A stretch of DNA of 32,000 nt from Candidatus Heimdallarchaeota archaeon B3_Heim (GTDB lineage: Archaea > Asgardarchaeota > Heimdallarchaeia > Hodarchaeales > Hodarchaeaceae). The first letter of the stretch is position 1. Every line of letters begins with the position of its first letter. The stretch spans positions 61,042 through 93,041 of the forward strand of contig NJBF01000011.1 of assembly GCA_003144275.1 (NCBI GenBank), read 5' to 3'. Position numbers and translations under genes: made by a program. This document shows positions 26,729 to 32,000 of this stretch, in pieces. The notes under the pieces were generated by a model. That model made no database searches. It saw only the letters and a list, made by a program, of their open reading frames with translations, and had not been told where the DNA came from.

Positions 26729-29700
26729 TCACGGTTCCCTTTTTCGAAGAACTGTATTACCGAGAGCGACAAGACTAGCAAAAAGTCCTCCTCCGATACC
26801 TATTTCGATCAAGTCATTTATACCTGTATCCAAATTAACCTCTTTTCGAGTACTTGTCTGAGAAGTTAGATCCGGTGGGTCTGTTGTATCTATTGTTCCA
26901 GAAGTAGTAGTAGTGGTTTGATCAATCGGACTCTGGACGTATAAATTCGTTAAAAATTCCGTTGTTTCTTGATTTATATCATCTATTACTGATAATTGAA
27001 GAACATAGGAGCCTTGAGTTAAAAAGAAATCAACGGATACGTACGAATTATTTATCTGAGTGAATGGAAATTCGACACCATTAATGTACAGAAAAGCTTC
27101 TATTCCATCAAAATCATCAAATACTTGGACGTTTAATCGATAGAGGATCCCAGTGGATGTGTTATCAAGGATTACTAGGGATGATGCTCCTATCTTTGGA
27201 GGAGAATCCGTTGAGTTAAAAAACCCAAAAAACTGACTTGAATGTCCATAAATATCGAATACAGTTAGATTATAATTCCAAACATTCGGAGTTAACCACG
27301 GAGAAGTGAATTGCCAGATTTGATAGCTTCCTGTTGTTGATTCATAAATTAAAGTTCCATCAGCAATGAAAACTTGAGACCCACTTTCGATTGCTAGAAA
27401 GGGATTATCAGTAGAAAGTGATGCATTTACCTTCTCAACTCGAATTTCAAGATTAAACCCATTTCTTTCGAATTCTGATTCCACTACAATGATATGGGGG
27501 GCATACCACAGAATTTCAAAATCTCTGCTAGCAGAAGGCTTGTCATCCCATGGATACCATATGTCTAACCTAAGAGTGTAATTTTGTGGGTTGCAGTAAA
27601 CTTGTGTGTACCATTGATCACCAAAATAATTACTTAAACTGTAATTCATACCATCAAGCGTTACCTGGACAAGATTAAGGTCAAGAGTTTGTGAATCGAT
27701 CGTTGTTCTTAATTCATAATAAGTCGATTCCCATGAAACGGACAGAGAATTGATAGTTGGCTGTGGTGGATACCAACTTTCAAGAAATAGTCTAAAATCG
27801 TACTTATTTTCAGCTGTGTGGGCATACAAAGAGATTTCCCATTGGCCAGGGGAAGGAAACTGAAATTGAATTCGATAATCCCGCTGAAACGCATCCCATT
27901 CCAACACCCCAAAATGGCTCCCATTCAAATATATTCCGACTTGTTCGAAATATGGATTTGATAATATCTCTGTACTTAGGAGATAGTTTCCAGCAGAGTC
28001 AATTTCTGTGAGATACGAATTAGTTAAAAGATCAACTTTTTCTACCACAGAAAAATTTACTTGCGCTGATATAAAGTTCCCAGCAGAGTCAAATGAATAA
28101 GCATTGAGTGAATAACTGCCAATGGGTAAATACAGTACTAATGATGTAGTATATGTCTGATTAGTATTATTTACTTCTGGAATACAATATAGGATTGTTT
28201 GACCATCTGAATTGATGGATAAAGGTATTTTTTCAATATAGGTGTAATTATAGGGGGAAAAAATCGTTAGAGAAGGAGCAATTGTATCAATATTGAAAAT
28301 TGAGGTTTTAATGACAAAATTCTCAGCAGTATCTCTAACCTGAATAGTAACGTTGTGATTTCCTTCAGATAAGTCAGTTAAAACGAAACCTGAGCTTCCA
28401 ACGATTGAAGTATCATCTAAAAAAATAAATACAGTTTCTTCATCGGTTAAAAATGAAAGTGAAATAGAATTCGTTTTGTATGACTCATTCTTTGGACTTA
28501 TAATTACTAATGAAGGCGCAGTTGAATCAATCCTGAATGATGAAGAAGCATAAGATAACGCCCCATAGGAATTTTCACCATAAACATGACAAGTATATAA
28601 CCCCTCAGGTAAGTCACGATATGCAGTATCCGTCCACGAGCTATTCGTTTGATCAAGAGGTTCAATAAAGTACCAATAACTCACAGCATCTCCTCGGAAA
28701 GATAGCTCTAATATAGATCCATGAATAGAGTTGTTGACAGGTGAAAGAATTTCTATCGTAGAAGGTAAAGAATGAATTACAATTGAAAATTGAGGACTAA
28801 ATGAGGTATTGAAATAATCTTCGAATTGTAAAGGCACTTTTACAGAAACTGTATAGATTCCAGGCTGATCAAATGAAATTATGAAATCGAAGATACCTGC
28901 ACCATTTGTAGAATCAACCCCATTCTCCATCCCACCCATCAGTAGAATCGTATCTACTCCCATGATAGGACCCGAAACTTCTCCTATAACATTACCATCA
29001 ATATGAATTGACATATTCACAAAAGCTTCTCCAGGAATGCTTACAGAAATAATTAGGTCTTCAAAAATTGTTACTTGATAATGAAGAATCCGATAATAGA
29101 CGTATGTATCATTACTAATTATGGAAATTTCTTTTACTCCTCTGTTATTGAAGCTATATGAGTATGAATGTTTTCCTGCTGGTGACCAGTCTCTCCATAA
29201 TTGACCCCCCATCCAAATCTGATAAACTTCCGTACAGTTAACTGTAAATAAATAATTATCATTTACATTTCCATAATCACCACCGATTACTTCAATGTCA
29301 GCAGTACTGTACATGAATGTATGATCATATTTAGTATTCGTACCATTGAGATTTGAAGCTCGTAAAGATAATCCACCTTTGTAATAAGGTGTTGTCCAAT
29401 TATAATTTCCTAGTCCAGAAGCATTCAATGCGATTACGGCGATAAAATTCCAGGTACTCTCTCCATCCCGTTGCCAATAAAGGGAAATATCTTCATTCAA
29501 CCCACCTTCTAGTTCTATCATTGTCCAGTGATTTGAGAGGATGGATCCTTGAATCATAACTGAAAGAGGAGGACGAATCGTGATAGAAAAAATTGCTGGA
29601 CTAATTGACTGTAAATAAAAAGCTCCTACATTCCCTTGATAGCTGCATTGTAAGATATGTACTCCTATTTGGGATGATACTGTCACAGAATAGTCAAAGA

Positions 29701-31543
29701 AAAATAGTCCTTCTACATCAGAGGTGACAAAACCCAAAAATTCTCCAGTCGTCGTATCAGTAAAGTGGATTGCTTCATTGATTACAGCTTTTCCACCTTC
29801 GTCAAGCAAATACCCCCAAAGACGGCATGATTGCCCATTAATCACTTCTGTTGAATTTTGATTCAGAGAACTAAAATGGGGAACCGAAAACACAGTTAAT
29901 TTTAATGTAGTAGCTCCTTCATCATAATTTTCGGAATTATAGAAATGGACAAGGAGGTAAATATCACCTAAGGAGTGATCATTACAGATGTGATAATTAA
30001 AAATAAGTCCTGATACGCAGCTCTGAGTATCAATAATAGTAGAATTACTGTACTCCAATGAGACTAACCCCTCATTAATTGTTACACCTCCCGAGTGAAC
30101 TGTCACTTGAATCTGAGTATCTGTGTTTCGATTAATCCCTCCGCTTTCATAAGTCAAATCAAACTCAATTAACCCCTTAATAGATACTAGAATTATACTT
30201 GAGACTGCGAGAATATTTGGTGTTACATCAAATACTCGGAGTGAAAATTCATGGTTTCCGATGCTGATTCCTTCTGGAAGAGGATAATTAAAGGCCACAT
30301 ATCCATCTGAGTTAGTAAATTTATTCATCAATGAAATATTCCCATCAGTTAAATCTCTGAATTCTACTTGACACGTAACGGGAACAGTATGTATATCTTC
30401 TAATGTGATGTAGGCTTCGAGATGAATTGTTTCATTTTGCCTATAATCTGAAGAATTCAAATAATATTGGATCCGAGCACGATCCTGTATTGTAATAGTT
30501 GATGAGACATTAGCATATAACTCGTACTGGTCATTTTTTAGCTCCGTGTAAATCGTTAGTTCACCCAAGGGAATTGAACTTTTAGGTGAAAACACTATTT
30601 GATTATTTCGACGATAAATCACTTTTTCTGTAAGAATCATTGGTTGTGAGCCAAGTAAATAGTATATTGAGAGCAATAATCCATTTGGATTATCTCCAAG
30701 AATTGTGGTATTGATAAAGACTGATTCTTCGGTCCGTTGAAGTTTTGTCGTATTAATAGTCTGGTAAAGCCAAAATCCCGAGCTCAAGACCGTTACATTG
30801 ACAGGGTTTGATGTACAGGGAGATGTTTGGCTTTGAGAGCTACCAGTATAGCTCGCATAAAACTGTGATTTTCCGACAACAGAAAACACAGGAATATTAT
30901 AATCAAACTCAAGCGTCAAAATTGCAGGATCAGTCCCTGGATAATAGTTTTCTAATGGACCATAGGTATAAATTACTGGAGCTCCAGTTAAATTAACATT
31001 AATTACAGTGATATACCCTCCTTGGAACCACCACCTATAATGAATAAATAAATTAAGAGTAAAATGGAGTGAAGCATTCCTATAAACGGTCGTTGAGTTC
31101 ACAACTAGTTGTAAAGATGTTGAACGAGTGCTGCCAGGACTAATCTCTTCAAATCGAACATTGCACGATCCATCAGAGGAAAGATATCCCAAAAAACCAA
31201 GATATTCAGCGAGGAATAAATGCTCTCCAGATTGAATTGGCGATGGTACAATCCAGTCAACTTCCGCTGTACCATTGGTAATCATTGTCTCAATAAATTC
31301 CCCGGTAAAAATATCTGTTAATCGTATTTGTCCAAAAGGTACAGAGTCAAAACCTGCGTACGTCCAAATAGAAAAGCGAATCACATCACCTGAACCCACA
31401 ACCCCTTTATCAGCTAGAACTGTTGTCGAAGTCTCTTGATCAGTAGCACTAACCTGGTTAACTCCTATATTTACTAAGACAAACAATCCGAGGACGAAAA
31501 TTAGAATCAAAGTATTTTGTATTTTTCTCTTTTTTTTCCACAA
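26729..31543 (-). CDS. Large cell-surface protein with Ig-like repeats and C-terminal TM anchor
   Basis: Basic N-terminus plus signal helix, recurring xxG[H/E]xhxhxYxG strands, D[ST]xAPSLxIxSPxNx[ST]Y repeats, many sequons, Thr-rich linker, terminal TM plus RKREP; TTG start. Confidence 0.85.
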   Translation of the reverse strand: MWKKKRKIQNTLILIFVLGLFVLVNIGVNQVSATDQETSTTVLADKGVVGSGDVIRFSIWTYAGFDSVPFGQIRLTDIFTGEFIETMITNGTAEVDWIVPSPIQSGEHLFLAEYLGFLGYLSSDGSCNVRFEEISPGSTRSTSLQLVVNSTTVYRNASLHFTLNLFIHYRWWFQGGYITVINVNLTGAPVIYTYGPLENYYPGTDPAILTLEFDYNIPVFSVVGKSQFYASYTGSSQSQTSPCTSNPVNVTVLSSGFWLYQTINTTKLQRTEESVFINTTILGDNPNGLLLSIYYLLGSQPMILTEKVIYRRNNQIVFSPKSSIPLGELTIYTELKNDQYELYANVSSTITIQDRARIQYYLNSSDYRQNETIHLEAYITLEDIHTVPVTCQVEFRDLTDGNISLMNKFTNSDGYVAFNYPLPEGISIGNHEFSLRVFDVTPNILAVSSIILVSIKGLIEFDLTYESGGINRNTDTQIQVTVHSGGVTINEGLVSLEYSNSTIIDTQSCVSGLIFNYHICNDHSLGDIYLLVHFYNSENYDEGATTLKLTVFSVPHFSSLNQNSTEVINGQSCRLWGYLLDEGGKAVINEAIHFTDTTTGEFLGFVTSDVEGLFFFDYSVTVSSQIGVHILQCSYQGNVGAFYLQSISPAIFSITIRPPLSVMIQGSILSNHWTMIELEGGLNEDISLYWQRDGESTWNFIAVIALNASGLGNYNWTTPYYKGGLSLRASNLNGTNTKYDHTFMYSTADIEVIGGDYGNVNDNYLFTVNCTEVYQIWMGGQLWRDWSPAGKHSYSYSFNNRGVKEISIISNDTYVYYRILHYQVTIFEDLIISVSIPGEAFVNMSIHIDGNVIGEVSGPIMGVDTILLMGGMENGVDSTNGAGIFDFIISFDQPGIYTVSVKVPLQFEDYFNTSFSPQFSIVIHSLPSTIEILSPVNNSIHGSILELSFRGDAVSYWYFIEPLDQTNSSWTDTAYRDLPEGLYTCHVYGENSYGALSYASSSFRIDSTAPSLVIISPKNESYKTNSISLSFLTDEETVFIFLDDTSIVGSSGFVLTDLSEGNHNVTIQVRDTAENFVIKTSIFNIDTIAPSLTIFSPYNYTYIEKIPLSINSDGQTILYCIPEVNNTNQTYTTSLVLYLPIGSYSLNAYSFDSAGNFISAQVNFSVVEKVDLLTNSYLTEIDSAGNYLLSTEILSNPYFEQVGIYLNGSHFGVLEWDAFQRDYRIQFQFPSPGQWEISLYAHTAENKYDFRLFLESWYPPQPTINSLSVSWESTYYELRTTIDSQTLDLNLVQVTLDGMNYSLSNYFGDQWYTQVYCNPQNYTLRLDIWYPWDDKPSASRDFEILWYAPHIIVVESEFERNGFNLEIRVEKVNASLSTDNPFLAIESGSQVFIADGTLIYESTTGSYQIWQFTSPWLTPNVWNYNLTVFDIYGHSSQFFGFFNSTDSPPKIGASSLVILDNTSTGILYRLNVQVFDDFDGIEAFLYINGVEFPFTQINNSYVSVDFFLTQGSYVLQLSVIDDINQETTEFLTNLYVQSPIDQTTTTTSGTIDTTDPPDLTSQTSTRKEVNLDTGINDLIEIGIGGGLFASLVALGNTVLRKREP

Positions 31544-31710
31544 ACTAGAGACCCTCAGTAATGAGGGGCTTCTTCATCTTTTATATTCGAAATTACTATT
31601 TATAAGTGGTTTATAAAAAAACGATTCCTCGAATGATGAGTAAGTCACCATCGGGGAGTAATGACGGAGCTGACCCATAAGCATTTAACTTCTGAGCCAA
31701 ATGTTTTTCT

Positions 31711-32000
31711 ATGATAGCAAATCAAGAAATACACTCGTTAGAAAACAGACTCCGTCACTATCCCTCACGGACAGTCCAAGTTTTTAAAACTACCCATCTG
31801 GCCCGTATTCTCAGAAAACACATTCACGAGACAGATGCCGACAAAAATCGGAAAGAATTTAGCTGCGAACAGTGGATTAAAGGTCTTTCCTTGATGCAGA
31901 TTCAGAAATTCGAAGCGGTACGACCCTTTGTGCGACAGCTAGAGCAAAATAGATCCTGGCAAGCTATTTGTGGTTATCAAGGAAACGTACCCACTCAAGG
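31711..32000 (+). mobile_element. 5' part of a DDE transposase (IS5/IS1182/IS4-like, DUF772-type N-terminus), truncated by the window edge
   Basis: Open frame MIANQEIHS...FSCEQWIKGLSLMQIQKFEAVRPFVRQLEQNRSWQAICGYQGNVPTQ resembles the transposase N-terminal pattern K.L.L...R...L..N..W...CG...VP; absent from the ORF track. Confidence 0.7.

Noticed and set aside
875-30996. Remaining short track ORFs nested antisense or off-frame inside long genes (e.g. 875-1201, 2060-2242, 9505-9903, 16897-17151, 30808-30996)
   Set aside because: Fully overlapped by well-supported CDSs and lacking motifs.
1-32000. CRISPR arrays, tRNA, rRNA, SRP or RNase P RNA
   Set aside because: No regularly spaced repeat-spacer pattern, cloverleaf or diagnostic conserved motifs found by eye in any intergenic region.

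Overview
AT-rich prokaryotic window with archaeal-style TATA promoters and T-rich terminators. By inference it is most likely from an Asgard (Heimdallarchaeia-like) archaeon, given the long TPR proteins, a giant Ig-repeat surface protein and many bacterial-type enzymes. Left third is a redox/stress block: citryl-CoA lyase-like gene (5'-truncated), CxxC-less FNR/TrxB-fold reductase, htpG, a rubredoxin missed by the ORF track, flavodiiron protein FprA, aldo/keto reductase, glutaredoxin-TrxR fusion and acyl-CoA dehydrogenase. The apparently empty 1.1 kb at 6466-7595 holds three tandem, unannotated 51-55 aa paralogous ORFs on the minus strand. They share the core L-x-x-[TV]-[LI]-[EA]-Y-L-[NK]-Y-x-G-[PV]-[LV]-[YF] and each has its own TATA-like element; this is the main finding. 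Middle: fused DppB-DppC permease apparently lacking EAA loops, tmk, parvulin, a frameshifted LeuA/homocitrate synthase-like gene, a very large GT39/ArnT-like glycosyltransferase, a TPR protein and a GIY-YIG nuclease. Right third: several apparent pseudoenzymes, then a tightly coupled five-gene minus-strand operon (Ig-repeat surface protein, YdjM-like hydrolase, membrane protein, degenerate RecA-fold protein, RAD51-paralog-like ATPase). The window ends in the 5' part of a DDE transposase. No rRNA, tRNA or CRISPR array was seen.
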